Assembly: GCA_012813795.1 (NCBI GenBank)
Contig: GCA_012813795.1_4087.1
Source of the DNA: a phage
Direction: 5' to 3' (one strand)
DNA length: 64,000 bases
A program made the translations under genes and the position numbers. Each line of letters starts with the position of its first letter. Positions within the stretch are counted from its first letter, which is position 1. The notes under the pieces were generated by a model. It saw only the letters and a list, made by a program, of their open reading frames with translations, did no database searches and was not told the origin of the DNA. Shown one piece after another: positions 9,379 through 19,418 of the stretch.

Positions 9379-10620
9379 TTATTTTTTACCATACCACTGC
9401 ATTTCTCGAATATCGATTAGAACTTTTGCAGCTAGTTGAATGTTTGGTTTCTTTGGTAGAACTGACTTAGGATACACCACATTGCGGATATAGTCAACCT
9501 TTTCATTGAAATAATCCATGACTTCTTCATATTTCCATTTGCCGTTGCGGATATCCATTAGCATATCAGCATCAGGACGTTTAACAAGGATAATACCGCT
9601 TTGTAATGCTTCTTCGGCACTATTTAGCAGCCTGATCGTATGCATAGCATGTTTTAAATCGAAGCCGTGCTGTGATTCCATAAGAGCACGTTTAGCATTA
9701 CGATTCTCTTTCCATTTGTGATAACTTTTACGGTTCTCACTGTTCTCACTGTATTCTTTTTCATTGAATTTGACAATGAGTTCAGGTCGCACTTTCAATT
9801 CTTCAGTACTGCGTTCTTTGTTGAAATAACGTAAAGAACCATCAGCGTTAATTGTACTTTCATTAGGATTGATAATAACACCAAAGATATTTTCACCGTA
9901 ATGAATTAATTCGTACCCATTGTTATAATCCAATAAGTTGAAATCACGGTCTAGTACTTTATCAGTACTGTAATTATGTACTAAACGTACAAAATGATAC
10001 TGTTTCAACGGATGAGTTGAAACTAACTGCAATGAAGTATCACGCATGTATTTTTCAAAATCAATTTTCTTAGCATTAAATGGATGTAGTTTAGAAGTAT
10101 CTAAACGTTCTACCAAATAGTGTGGGAAATTTTCATACATCCATGCTAAAGTTTCATCTACTGGAAAATCTTCTAAGATTTCATTTAGACGTTTTTCAGC
10201 AATACGCTCTTTATCCATCCACCCGTGGTGATTAGACATACGCTTAACCTGATTATATGCATAACCGGTATAAGAGAATGCAATCTTAGAACTAAGTAAT
10301 TGTTGATTGAATGTACGTAGATAATCATAGATTTCAGTACTTTCTACGATGTGTTCAGGATCGACCCATAGTGATTCAAGAATATTTGGGTTAGCCTCTG
10401 TATATAGTCTTAAGTACTGGTTTAGTTCATAGAATTTAGTATCTTCTTCTCTTGAATCAGAAACTTCCTTTACATTATAAAAAGGCGTAAGGATGAATTC
10501 TTTGTTAGCAAGAAAAATACCACGATAATCCGTATCACTTTCAGGTGTACTGGTTCCATACGCTTGTGAACCTGCTAAGTGCTTCACAATTGTTTGTTCA
10601 AGAAATTTGTTATTATTCAT
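9379..10620 (-). CDS. Pol-beta-superfamily nucleotidyltransferase (RlaP-like)
   Basis: 413 aa; N-terminal HLAGSQAYG...SDTDYRGIF matches the GS...[DE]x[DE] nucleotidyltransferase signature. Confidence 0.5.
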   Translation of the reverse strand: MNNNKFLEQTIVKHLAGSQAYGTSTPESDTDYRGIFLANKEFILTPFYNVKEVSDSREEDTKFYELNQYLRLYTEANPNILESLWVDPEHIVESTEIYDYLRTFNQQLLSSKIAFSYTGYAYNQVKRMSNHHGWMDKERIAEKRLNEILEDFPVDETLAWMYENFPHYLVERLDTSKLHPFNAKKIDFEKYMRDTSLQLVSTHPLKQYHFVRLVHNYSTDKVLDRDFNLLDYNNGYELIHYGENIFGVIINPNESTINADGSLRYFNKERSTEELKVRPELIVKFNEKEYSENSENRKSYHKWKENRNAKRALMESQHGFDLKHAMHTIRLLNSAEEALQSGIILVKRPDADMLMDIRNGKWKYEEVMDYFNEKVDYIRNVVYPKSVLPKKPNIQLAAKVLIDIREMQWYGKK

Positions 10621-11018
10621 AGATGTAATGTTAGCTCCTTAAGAAACCCATTATAGTACTTCATGAAATCTTTATGAAGAACTTTGTATTCTGATAAACT
10701 AAAACCTAGATTGATTATAGTATCTTCTTGAAAGAACTTTTCTTCTTCGGATAAATCCAGAGAAATAGATTGTTTGCCACCATTTAATATTTTAGTAAAG
10801 TGTAAACCATCATTATTGATTTCAACGTACATGAAGTTATTTTCACGGTCACGAGGGCAAACAATATTAATGGAACTTTCACCAGTATCATCGTATTCGA
10901 ATGATATTACATCATACTCCCCGATTCCATAAAATTGTTTATCACTCTTGTAACCACTATATACTTTTTTATACGAATCCATCTGTCTTATGGTGCTATA
11001 CACATCATCAAGATCCAT
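10617..11018 (-). CDS. hypothetical protein
   Basis: 133-aa track ORF. Confidence 0.5.
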   Translation of the reverse strand: MDLDDVYSTIRQMDSYKKVYSGYKSDKQFYGIGEYDVISFEYDDTGESSINIVCPRDRENNFMYVEINNDGLHFTKILNGGKQSISLDLSEEEKFFQEDTIINLGFSLSEYKVLHKDFMKYYNGFLKELTLHL

Positions 11019-11021
11019 ATA

Positions 11022-11525
11022 TTAACTCCTGTAATATTGTAAGTATTCGTTCTTTGCATCATCCAATTCTTTTTGTTCCTGAATTTTCTTGTCGATATCT
11101 TTCACGTTAGTAATACTGTTATATAGTGCGTGAAGTACAAGAAAATCAGATACAGAAGTTGAAAAATCCTTCCACCCACCCGACATTTTAATACGCACAC
11201 GTATATCACGTCTGTCCATCCAGAACATGAACCCTCGATTCCCACGTAAATCATTAATCATATACACTTTAAAACAAGAATCTCGTGTGCTGCTTTCTCG
11301 TCTTTCAAAATCTACATGAATACTGAACAAGTTTTTTGAACAGTACTTACAAAATGCATAGATAACAGGATCACATTTTGAAAGAAGATATTTGTTTTGA
11401 ATAATTTCTCTGCGATCTTTGTCTGATTTAATATTAGGTACTAATAAAGTACTTTTGTTTAAAATCAACGCAACTAAGTACTGAAGAATATCATTATCTT
11501 TTACTTTATGTTTACCGAAGATCAT
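11022..11525 (-). CDS. hypothetical protein, tandem paralog 3 of 3
   Basis: 167 aa; shares the L...S.L......D.DR..I..K..LS motif block with the two upstream genes. Confidence 0.55.
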   Translation of the reverse strand: MIFGKHKVKDNDILQYLVALILNKSTLLVPNIKSDKDRREIIQNKYLLSKCDPVIYAFCKYCSKNLFSIHVDFERRESSTRDSCFKVYMINDLRGNRGFMFWMDRRDIRVRIKMSGGWKDFSTSVSDFLVLHALYNSITNVKDIDKKIQEQKELDDAKNEYLQYYRS

Positions 11526-12025
11526 TAGTATAATCCTTTTAGTTTATTAAATTCATTAAGTTTATGCTGCTCGTATTCTAACTTCTTGTACTTTGTTTCA
11601 AGCTCACGAAGTGCAACGAGTAAATGAAACAAAAACATTTGTTCATGTTTAGGTAGAATATTCGCATCTCCGTTAATATAAACAAATGTATGTTTTTCAT
11701 CATAATCTTTAGATGAATATGTTACTGCATTAAAATCAACCTTAGTTTCGGTATCAAACAATTTTACACGGTTGATATGATTACCATATATGAATACTGG
11801 TTCATATAACCAACGTTCACCGTATGGTTCTTTAACTAGGTCAGTGATTAGTTTCATTAGAGAATGAGAACTTAACATTTCTTTAATTTTAAGTATAGTT
11901 CTACGATCTTCATCAGTACTGATAATTTCTTTTAAAGAATAGCTTTTCATCAGTACTGGAAGAATTAATGTACACCACTCTACATTTTCTCTTTTGTGAT
12001 CATTATTTTTCTTTTTGAAAAACAT
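11525..12025 (-). CDS. hypothetical protein, tandem paralog 2 of 3
   Basis: 166 aa; paralogous to 12035..12595 and 11022..11525. Confidence 0.55.
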   Translation of the reverse strand: MFFKKKNNDHKRENVEWCTLILPVLMKSYSLKEIISTDEDRRTILKIKEMLSSHSLMKLITDLVKEPYGERWLYEPVFIYGNHINRVKLFDTETKVDFNAVTYSSKDYDEKHTFVYINGDANILPKHEQMFLFHLLVALRELETKYKKLEYEQHKLNEFNKLKGLY

Positions 12026-12034
12026 AGTAACCTC

Positions 12035-12595
12035 TTAATATAAATCAGTTATTCTCTTTTGGATTTTGAATTTACGCTGTTCTTCTTCAATTTGTGATAA
12101 CTTTTCTTTAATATCTTCAGCACCAATAATCACATGGAACAGGATCATTAACTCATCATCATCAAGCATATCATAATGAACACCGAAGTTTGAAGAAACA
12201 ACACATGACAAATCTCTTGATTGAATGATAGTTTCTTCGGTTCTGTGTTCAATCCCTGCTGGTGTATACTCAACCTTAAACATGATTGCATTTTTTAAAT
12301 CGCGTAGTATGAATTCTTCATCACCACCCCACAGTTTTTTTTGAACCATAGACCAACGATCACTGAATGGATTTTGGGTGTATTCTGCCAGTAATCCATA
12401 TAGTTTATGCTTACTTAACTTGTACTTAAGTTCGATAAGTGATTTACGATCATTATCGGTTTTCACAAAATCTTTAAGAGTTACACTTTTGCATAGCAAA
12501 CGAACTACTAGTGTATTCTGAAAGTGCTGCTCTTTTTCTTTTAAACGTTGTAACTGTGCGGGTGACAGTGGTGGTCTAAAACGTGATTGTACCAT
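12035..12595 (-). CDS. hypothetical protein, tandem paralog 1 of 3
   Basis: 186 aa; paralogous block around KSVTLKDFVKTDNDRKSLIELKYKLSKHKL. Confidence 0.55.
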   Translation of the reverse strand: MVQSRFRPPLSPAQLQRLKEKEQHFQNTLVVRLLCKSVTLKDFVKTDNDRKSLIELKYKLSKHKLYGLLAEYTQNPFSDRWSMVQKKLWGGDEEFILRDLKNAIMFKVEYTPAGIEHRTEETIIQSRDLSCVVSSNFGVHYDMLDDDELMILFHVIIGAEDIKEKLSQIEEEQRKFKIQKRITDLY

Positions 12596-12635
12596 AGATT
12601 CCTCCTAGTTTTTTAGCATTATACAGATAAAAGAA

Positions 12636-12657
12636 AAGCCTGTCAATAGACAGGCTT
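12636..12657 (-). terminator. intrinsic terminator (bidirectional hairpin) after the fiber locus
   Basis: Stem AAGCCTGTC/GACAGGCTT with 4-nt loop, T-rich on both sides; immediately after the stop of 12664..15405. Confidence 0.5.
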
Positions 12658-12663
12658 AATTTT

Positions 12664-15405
12664 TTAACTCCAACGAGTACCAGATTGTGATGGTAACCCA
12701 GAACTAGCTGGGATAGCAGAACCACGATTGTAGGTACTTGGGCGGTATAGCAAGAATCTGGACACTTTTTCAGACTCGATTGATGCAATACCATTAGCAT
12801 CAGTTACTATCTTACCAATGTAGGTTGATGTCATAGTTTCTGATAATTGATATAGTGATATCTGATACGAAGCTGTAGATGTACCTCTATCCATAACCGC
12901 ATATATGTAGAATGTTGAATTATCTGGTGTAGTACTTATGGTAGATAAGTCTATCATAGTCGGTGGTATCTTTGCAAACTTTCCACCCAAGAAAACTGGT
13001 ACTTCTTGTGAAAAGTACACGTTGAACCCTTGTGCCACATCCTGTGAAGCAACAACTAAGTACTGTGATATCGTTTCATTACCAGATATTAGTTTATCCA
13101 TATCTGCTTCAGTAGTACCACATACAGCAAAAACTGATTTAGTTTGATAATCGTTTTTGTTCATTTGGTAATATCCAAACCCAATCCCTGGAATTGTACC
13201 TATATCAAATTGTGCGTTTGAAATATAAGTTGTTTCCATATATCGTTGACTTGAAATAATACCATTTTTCACTTTAGCAATCATGTTAGGATAACGAGTC
13301 CATCCTGGGGTATCAATGCCATATAAAATGTTCACACCTAAGTAGTTAAAACCACTAAACTTAGCAACCGTCATACCAGCCCAACGTTTGATCATTTCAT
13401 TTGGTGAAATTTGGAATGTATTCGTGATTGATGTATATCTTGCTGTATCAACACTAATACCACGTAAAATTATAGTACCACTTGTACCCAGTGCACTACA
13501 TGATATTTCGGAAAAAATAATATAACACACGTTGGTAGTACCGTTTAGTGCAGAAGTGACTGCAATAGATTTAGAATATGTAGTATCAGGTACATAATAA
13601 AAAACAGTTTTATGTTCAGTTATTCCAGTCAATCCAGCTTTAGCAACGGCATTATAACCTATACCTGATAATGTAGTTCCTGAAATTTCATATCTATCAC
13701 TGTTAAAGTCCATTGTAACAGGGTCGAATTTTCCATAAGCTGGTTTATCGATACCTTCTATTAAAGAAGATCCATAAGTGCTGACATTTCCATTGGCATC
13801 AACCAATGTTACCATACCTGCATATTTGTAATCAGTACTTAAATAGTGTCTATTACCTGATGGTGCAAAACCATTCATTGTGGTATTTTGTTCCAAGTTT
13901 TTATAACTATAAGTTGGATTCTCACCTATTTCAGTAAAAACTGTACTATCATAACCATAAGAAATTCCATCAGCAGTACCAGAACATGCAACAAGTATCT
14001 TACGTTTATCAACGAAACGAACACCTATTAAGTTTTCACCTACAGGTGAACCATAAACGGGCATTACTTCTACGCGTTTTAAATTACTACCAGTACGTGT
14101 TTTAGCAACCCAACTATCATAAGGTGTACCAGAAACTTTGTATGTTTGTACTGCATAGGTCGGCATGGATGACCATCTTGCTTTGGTAGTGAAAACAAAA
14201 CCATCAGAAGTTTGACAGATTGAACCATAGTTACCAAGTGCACCATCATAAAACCCTGTAAAGTTTTCCATATTGATTGAAAACGGGTTTCTCACTGTTA
14301 TACTGCCAGTTGATGCATTAGCTGATACTCTGATTGGACCACGTTCAGAACCGTCAAGTGTCATTGTTTTAGTACTGATATCATATGTAAAGCTAATGCC
14401 AAGTGAATATACACTAGATGTTTTTGTTTCAGTAAAGACACGAAACCCTGGATATATCGCTACTCTTATTTTTGTACCATCAGGGCTAAGAACTGCTTGG
14501 GTATTAAACGTGTAATGTTGCCAGTCATCGATTTTGGAAACCCCATTATCATATGCTATTAGTGCATCACCACCTGAACCCAATACTGAATAGCTATCAT
14601 AAACGCGAATATTATTTGAAGCTGAATATGTTACATCTCGTATAGTTCTTCCTGAATAACCACTAATTTGTGTTACTGTCGAAACTGAACCAGTATTAAA
14701 TGCAGTTAAAGGTACTGTGTATATGATAAATGCACAACCGCGAACACTATTAAGAACACTTGAATCCCTACACCATATATAAACTGAATCATTTACGATG
14801 TGTGCATAGATTGGTTTATTTGTTATTGCTGTTTTTGGAATTCTACAGTGTTTATGAGCAGATTCATTTAATGTTTCATTTGTTAATGTAAGGTAGTATG
14901 ATGCTCTATCAGTTGATTCCCAAAATAGTAATTCATATGCATTTGACCCATAAAATTCATAAATGTAATCAGTGCTTGGTAGCACAGAAGGTCTATACAT
15001 CGTGTTGGTTGTAATTATATTATCTTGAGTTAGTGTTTCTATATCTCTTATATTTTTAATATAAGCATAATAGTAACCATACGAACTTCCATTTGTACCT
15101 GCACGTAAAATTACACCAGTACCATCATTTTCAATGATACAAGGTTGCATTATTTTTGCAAATGAAAAGGAAGAAGCACCTTCAAATGTACCGTTAATAC
15201 TCATCGGTAGGTAATCTTGATCACCTACCCTTGAAACTGGAAGCATATCAAACATCTGATCTACTTCCGCTTTGTCATAATATTGGTAAGTGATTTTACC
15301 AGCAGAATCAGCAGGGAATCCATTAAAGGAACGTAATGCATACTTTCCATTAATTTTCAAATTCCCTAGTATTTCTGCGTTTCCTATAATTCGTCTCGAA
15401 GCCAT
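12664..15405 (-). CDS. tail-fiber-like large structural protein (paralog B)
   Basis: 913 aa from the ATG with AAGGA RBS (track ORF extends to 15432); S/T/G/N/Y-rich; N- and C-terminal similarity to 16017..18716; ends ...SSGLPSQSGTRWS. Confidence 0.6.
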   Translation of the reverse strand: MASRRIIGNAEILGNLKINGKYALRSFNGFPADSAGKITYQYYDKAEVDQMFDMLPVSRVGDQDYLPMSINGTFEGASSFSFAKIMQPCIIENDGTGVILRAGTNGSSYGYYYAYIKNIRDIETLTQDNIITTNTMYRPSVLPSTDYIYEFYGSNAYELLFWESTDRASYYLTLTNETLNESAHKHCRIPKTAITNKPIYAHIVNDSVYIWCRDSSVLNSVRGCAFIIYTVPLTAFNTGSVSTVTQISGYSGRTIRDVTYSASNNIRVYDSYSVLGSGGDALIAYDNGVSKIDDWQHYTFNTQAVLSPDGTKIRVAIYPGFRVFTETKTSSVYSLGISFTYDISTKTMTLDGSERGPIRVSANASTGSITVRNPFSINMENFTGFYDGALGNYGSICQTSDGFVFTTKARWSSMPTYAVQTYKVSGTPYDSWVAKTRTGSNLKRVEVMPVYGSPVGENLIGVRFVDKRKILVACSGTADGISYGYDSTVFTEIGENPTYSYKNLEQNTTMNGFAPSGNRHYLSTDYKYAGMVTLVDANGNVSTYGSSLIEGIDKPAYGKFDPVTMDFNSDRYEISGTTLSGIGYNAVAKAGLTGITEHKTVFYYVPDTTYSKSIAVTSALNGTTNVCYIIFSEISCSALGTSGTIILRGISVDTARYTSITNTFQISPNEMIKRWAGMTVAKFSGFNYLGVNILYGIDTPGWTRYPNMIAKVKNGIISSQRYMETTYISNAQFDIGTIPGIGFGYYQMNKNDYQTKSVFAVCGTTEADMDKLISGNETISQYLVVASQDVAQGFNVYFSQEVPVFLGGKFAKIPPTMIDLSTISTTPDNSTFYIYAVMDRGTSTASYQISLYQLSETMTSTYIGKIVTDANGIASIESEKVSRFLLYRPSTYNRGSAIPASSGLPSQSGTRWS

Positions 15406-15415
15406 ATATATTCCT

Positions 15416-16006
15416 TTACCATTCTGTCCCACTATTCACATCTGGTGTACCAGAACTGATAGGGATAGCTGAACCAATTTTTGTAGCACTTACTCTGAAG
15501 TCGTCAAATCTTGACACTTTATTTATACTGACCCCTGTAATGCCATCTGGGAAAACTGTCATTTGTCCTATGTACATATTAACATTACTTTCAGGGCGTT
15601 GAGTTTTAGAAATGATGTAGTCAGCTACCCCAACATCTAATATAACATATACATAATGTGTTTCAATATTAGTTCCAGTAACGCCTGGGTCCGTTATTGT
15701 TTTAGCAGGGAGGGTATAAACCGCTCCCGCCATGAACAATGGTAATTCTTTACTGAAAGTTAATTTGAACCCAGCAGCAGTAATACCTAATGGTTCAGTA
15801 CTGTAAAGTGAACCAAATTGTGATAACGGAAAGGAACTGGTAATGTAATTCACATCATCTGTACTCATGAGTGGTACATCAACATTCCCATTAGCATCAG
15901 CTTGATACACATTACCAGAACGATCAGTTATCGTGGTCCCAGTATTTTTTCCTTGTGATTTAACGGAAGCATACGCTTCCACATCAGATCTAAATTTATA
16001 AGCCAT
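15416..16006 (-). CDS. short protein carrying the fiber C-terminal domain
   Basis: 196 aa; C-terminal ~120 aa alignable with the C-termini of both large fiber-like proteins; ends ...SSGTPDVNSGTEW. Confidence 0.55.
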   Translation of the reverse strand: MAYKFRSDVEAYASVKSQGKNTGTTITDRSGNVYQADANGNVDVPLMSTDDVNYITSSFPLSQFGSLYSTEPLGITAAGFKLTFSKELPLFMAGAVYTLPAKTITDPGVTGTNIETHYVYVILDVGVADYIISKTQRPESNVNMYIGQMTVFPDGITGVSINKVSRFDDFRVSATKIGSAIPISSGTPDVNSGTEW

Positions 16007-16016
16007 ATTATCTCCA

Positions 16017-18716
16017 TTACCAATTCACATTACCAGAACTTGAAGGGAACCCAGAACTAACTGGGAAGGAACTTCCGGCAGCGTCGAATGATGAACCAAA
16101 CAGGTCTAAACGCGAACGTTTTTCTATATTAATTTCGGTTATTTGTAAATCATCAGTTTTCACTGTACCAATCCAGTATATTGAATGAGTTTCAGCTAAT
16201 TCAGTTGTTGATATGTGATAGTTTGCAATACCCTGTACTAATTTAATATACACATAAAATGTAGTATTGGCAGGATTTGCTTTCACAGTTGTTAAATCTA
16301 TATTTGATATTGGTAATTTATAGTGTTTACCTGATAGCAGTACTGGTGTCTCTTCGGTGAAGTATATAATAAAACCTTGAGCAACATCTTGGGAAACAAG
16401 ACATATAAATGGATTTCCTTTATCAGTCCATGCATTATAATCCGCTAATGTAGTACCATATGTTCTAAAAATTGTTTTGTTTGTATTATCTATACTTTGA
16501 AGAATACCAAACCCAATATTAGGTAAAGCGAATGGTTGACCATCTAATGCATAGATAGGACGTGCACCAGCTATATGGAAATTATTAAATTGGGCTGTCG
16601 CTTTATCCACTGTAGCACGGAAAAATGGAGAGTTTGTATTACCAACTGTATTAAAGAAACCTGGAATACCACCACCAATGAAGTAGAAAGAACCAGCATC
16701 ATATATAGTAATACCAATACTTCCACTATCAAGATGATATGCGGTATCTGTTTTGTAATCCCCAGCTTGAACACTTTCATGTACTAAACGTTTGAACGAC
16801 CATGTTGTAATATCACCAGTTCTTGTATTGACATTCAATTCAACAACTCGTACATATAAACCACGGGCTGTAGTAGATGCTGCAAGAACACCAAAAACAG
16901 GAATATCAGTTTGTTGTGGAACAAATACAGATAATGTTTTTATTGATTCTGGTGATATATTCCATGAACTAGCAACTTTAGCAAATTCGGAATTTCGAAT
17001 AGCATTCATTATATCTTGAGACATACTGATTGTACCATTATTCAGTACATTACCTTTATAATCAAAACTAATAGGAGTTGATGTTCTATTATCTGCCACC
17101 AAAACACCACCATTAGTAGTGACCGTTGAACCAGAAATTGAACTTATAAAAATTCTAGATTCTGGTGTAGTTATAAACGCTCGGTCTGGTGTTGGTTCAT
17201 AACCAGGAACAGTACCATAGTCTAGAGACTTAAATGTAAAGTTCGGTGTAGCTTTATGTACAGCATAGGATGGATAAAAACGACCATCACCAGAACGTCT
17301 TGAATATTGTTTAGTACTGTTATTTGGTAATAACTCTACACCTACTTGGTATGAACCAACTGCTGAACCAAATCTTGGTGATACTACACCATTAATAAAA
17401 TTAGTTGCTGATACACTTCTAACATTCATTAAATTAAACAATGACTGTGGTGGATATTTCGCATATGATAAGTTCAATGCTTCTGCGAGGTTTGGTGAGA
17501 ATGAACAAAATGCATCACCAGTTGATGGTACATAGCAATAATTACTAAAAATATTACGACCACCCGCGTGAAGATAAAATGGATCTTTTGTTATGCATTG
17601 ACCCGTTACATTCATACTTGAACCCGTGTCATTAACAGCAACTGGTGTAGTCGTTAACATATTATCTAATTTACATTGTTTTGTCACAACATCAAAAGTC
17701 ATACTAAAACCATGTTGTGGGCGTGTGTCATATCGTCCATTTGTCATCCACATATCACCACATAATCTAAATCTGAATTCGGATGTACCAGATTTCTGTG
17801 CAACATATAAATCTGGATCTGTCATATAAACACCAAACCCAATAATACCACTTGGAATTAAAACGTATGGATTATCATTGGTATTTGTTGAATTTATTTT
17901 CATAGTTGGAACAATATTGTCATCATATACCATTGCATTATAAAAAGTTCTTGTGGCCCAACCAGTAATTCTAGTAACACTATAAGTACCACCACCTGGG
18001 TTATTACTTGGACTAAAAGTAACTTTAGTAACGGATATTTTAAGAGTATTGCTTGGTGTATCTAAACTGAAAAAGTATAATGAACCATCTTCAGCACGAA
18101 TAACAAATTGTATTGCACCAAAAGGTTGTACGGCTGTATGGTCTGATAGAATAATACCAGTGTGCATTGTATCATTCATAGTACCATTATTGACTGAAAC
18201 AAAAACTCTATCAATATATGTACCATCAGAATTTTCAGTTCTCACCAAACCACAAGTAATATCATCACTGCTTGGATACAAATAAACTGCATACCCAGCA
18301 CCAAAATAATTTGGTTTATATGCACGAGTAGTATTAACCATACGACTTGTATTTGTTGTACCAACCGCCTGGGTCATATAACTATAATAAATCCCCTGTG
18401 TACTTCCATTAGTACCCGGACGTAACATTACTAAAGTGTTATCATCTTCCAAAAATAATTTTGTATTTCTGGAACTAGCATTTTCTGAAGAACCAACTGT
18501 TGTACCATTGACACCAGCAGGTAGATAGTTTTGTGTACCATAACGAGAAATGGGTAACATACCAACCATTTCCAGCATATCATCTTGTGTATATGCATCT
18601 ATTGTGAGATTGCCATTTTCATCAAATACGTTATCATTGATGCTCTGAACACTTCTCTTACCTTTGACTGTTACATTATGTGTAACATCAATGCCACCAT
18701 ATATTTTCTTTGCCAT
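16017..18716 (-). CDS. tail-fiber-like large structural protein (paralog A)
   Basis: 899 aa; N-terminal LPISRYGTQNYLP block and C-terminal SQDVAQGF...SSGFPSSSGNVNW shared with paralog B; ATG with AAGGGA RBS; late-promoter-like box upstream. Confidence 0.6.
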   Translation of the reverse strand: MAKKIYGGIDVTHNVTVKGKRSVQSINDNVFDENGNLTIDAYTQDDMLEMVGMLPISRYGTQNYLPAGVNGTTVGSSENASSRNTKLFLEDDNTLVMLRPGTNGSTQGIYYSYMTQAVGTTNTSRMVNTTRAYKPNYFGAGYAVYLYPSSDDITCGLVRTENSDGTYIDRVFVSVNNGTMNDTMHTGIILSDHTAVQPFGAIQFVIRAEDGSLYFFSLDTPSNTLKISVTKVTFSPSNNPGGGTYSVTRITGWATRTFYNAMVYDDNIVPTMKINSTNTNDNPYVLIPSGIIGFGVYMTDPDLYVAQKSGTSEFRFRLCGDMWMTNGRYDTRPQHGFSMTFDVVTKQCKLDNMLTTTPVAVNDTGSSMNVTGQCITKDPFYLHAGGRNIFSNYCYVPSTGDAFCSFSPNLAEALNLSYAKYPPQSLFNLMNVRSVSATNFINGVVSPRFGSAVGSYQVGVELLPNNSTKQYSRRSGDGRFYPSYAVHKATPNFTFKSLDYGTVPGYEPTPDRAFITTPESRIFISSISGSTVTTNGGVLVADNRTSTPISFDYKGNVLNNGTISMSQDIMNAIRNSEFAKVASSWNISPESIKTLSVFVPQQTDIPVFGVLAASTTARGLYVRVVELNVNTRTGDITTWSFKRLVHESVQAGDYKTDTAYHLDSGSIGITIYDAGSFYFIGGGIPGFFNTVGNTNSPFFRATVDKATAQFNNFHIAGARPIYALDGQPFALPNIGFGILQSIDNTNKTIFRTYGTTLADYNAWTDKGNPFICLVSQDVAQGFIIYFTEETPVLLSGKHYKLPISNIDLTTVKANPANTTFYVYIKLVQGIANYHISTTELAETHSIYWIGTVKTDDLQITEINIEKRSRLDLFGSSFDAAGSSFPVSSGFPSSSGNVNW

Positions 18717-18747
18717 ATATATCCCTTTTATCTAGATATCCATAGTG

Positions 18748-18755
18748 TATTTATA
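18748..18755 (-). promoter_or_regulatory. T4-type late promoter box TATAAATA (minus strand)
   Basis: Exact TATAAATA on the minus strand about 32 nt upstream of the fiber-A ATG, directly after a terminator. Confidence 0.4.
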
Positions 18756-18761
18756 ATAGTA

Positions 18762-18786
18762 TAAAAAAAGCACCCAAAGGGTGCTT
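18762..18786 (-). terminator. intrinsic terminator (minus strand)
   Basis: Stem AAGCACCC/GGGTGCTT with 3-nt loop, followed on the minus strand by T5-6. Confidence 0.55.
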
Positions 18787-18793
18787 CTTCATA

Positions 18794-18952
18794 TTAACCG
18801 CCGTGTTTAGAAAATTCAACTGCTCTTAATTGTTTAAGTGCTTCTTTTCTGGTTGGGTGACGACCGAGAACTTTCTTCCCTGTGTGGTCAGTAACAACCC
18901 ACTCATTTCCACGTTTCTGTATCTTTTCCGAAATAATATCAAGATAACGCAT
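18794..18952 (-). CDS. small basic protein (52 aa)
   Basis: Below track cutoff; MRYLDIISEKIQKRGNEWVVTDHTGKKVLGRHPTRKEALKQLRAVEFSKHGG; overlaps the nrdG 3' end by 14 nt; followed by the terminator. Confidence 0.4.
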   Translation of the reverse strand: MRYLDIISEKIQKRGNEWVVTDHTGKKVLGRHPTRKEALKQLRAVEFSKHGG

Positions 18953-19418
18953 AATCTACTCCTTTACGAAGAATACGTTGATTATTAGAGCCTCTAAATG
19001 GTAATTCTAAATTCTTTTCTTCAAGAATAAATTTACCATCAACTAATACATCAATGTACTCTAGTATTGCGGAGGCATGATTATTTATTATTTCCTCTAA
19101 AGTATAACCACTCCAGCACCAAATATCTTTATTTGGATATTTTTCTTTTACTACTTTACATAACTCAACAACAGTACTGATATTCTTTGGCATCAATGGA
19201 TCACCACCAAGAAGTGACAACCCTTGTACATATGGCTTGTTAAGTTCATTCAGGATGATATCAACTGTTTCAGTACTGAATTCTGAACCACTGCGATAAT
19301 CCCATGCTTTTTCGTTGAAGCATTCTTCACATCCGTGGCTACACCCTGAAACAAAAAGGGAGCATCTAACTCCCTCTCCATTGACTAAATCATCCTTGAT
19401 TATCGTCTGGTAATTCAT
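18939..19418 (-). CDS. nrdG: anaerobic ribonucleotide reductase activating protein (radical SAM)
   Basis: 159 aa; radical-SAM C-x3-C-x2-C cluster (CSHGCEEC) near the N-terminus; adjacent to nrdD. Confidence 0.85.
   Translation of the reverse strand: MNYQTIIKDDLVNGEGVRCSLFVSGCSHGCEECFNEKAWDYRSGSEFSTETVDIILNELNKPYVQGLSLLGGDPLMPKNISTVVELCKVVKEKYPNKDIWCWSGYTLEEIINNHASAILEYIDVLVDGKFILEEKNLELPFRGSNNQRILRKGVDYALS

Noticed and set aside
12576-12800. 74-aa ORF overlapping the 3' end of the fiber gene and its terminator
   Set aside because: It spans the terminator hairpin and overlaps the fiber coding sequence; no RBS.
12938-18285. Plus-strand ORFs inside the fiber genes (12938..13147, 14273..14515, 16575..16787, 16792..17019, 17626..17829, 18049..18285) and minus-strand 16571..16780
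   Set aside because: They are antisense to or out of frame within long, well-supported genes.
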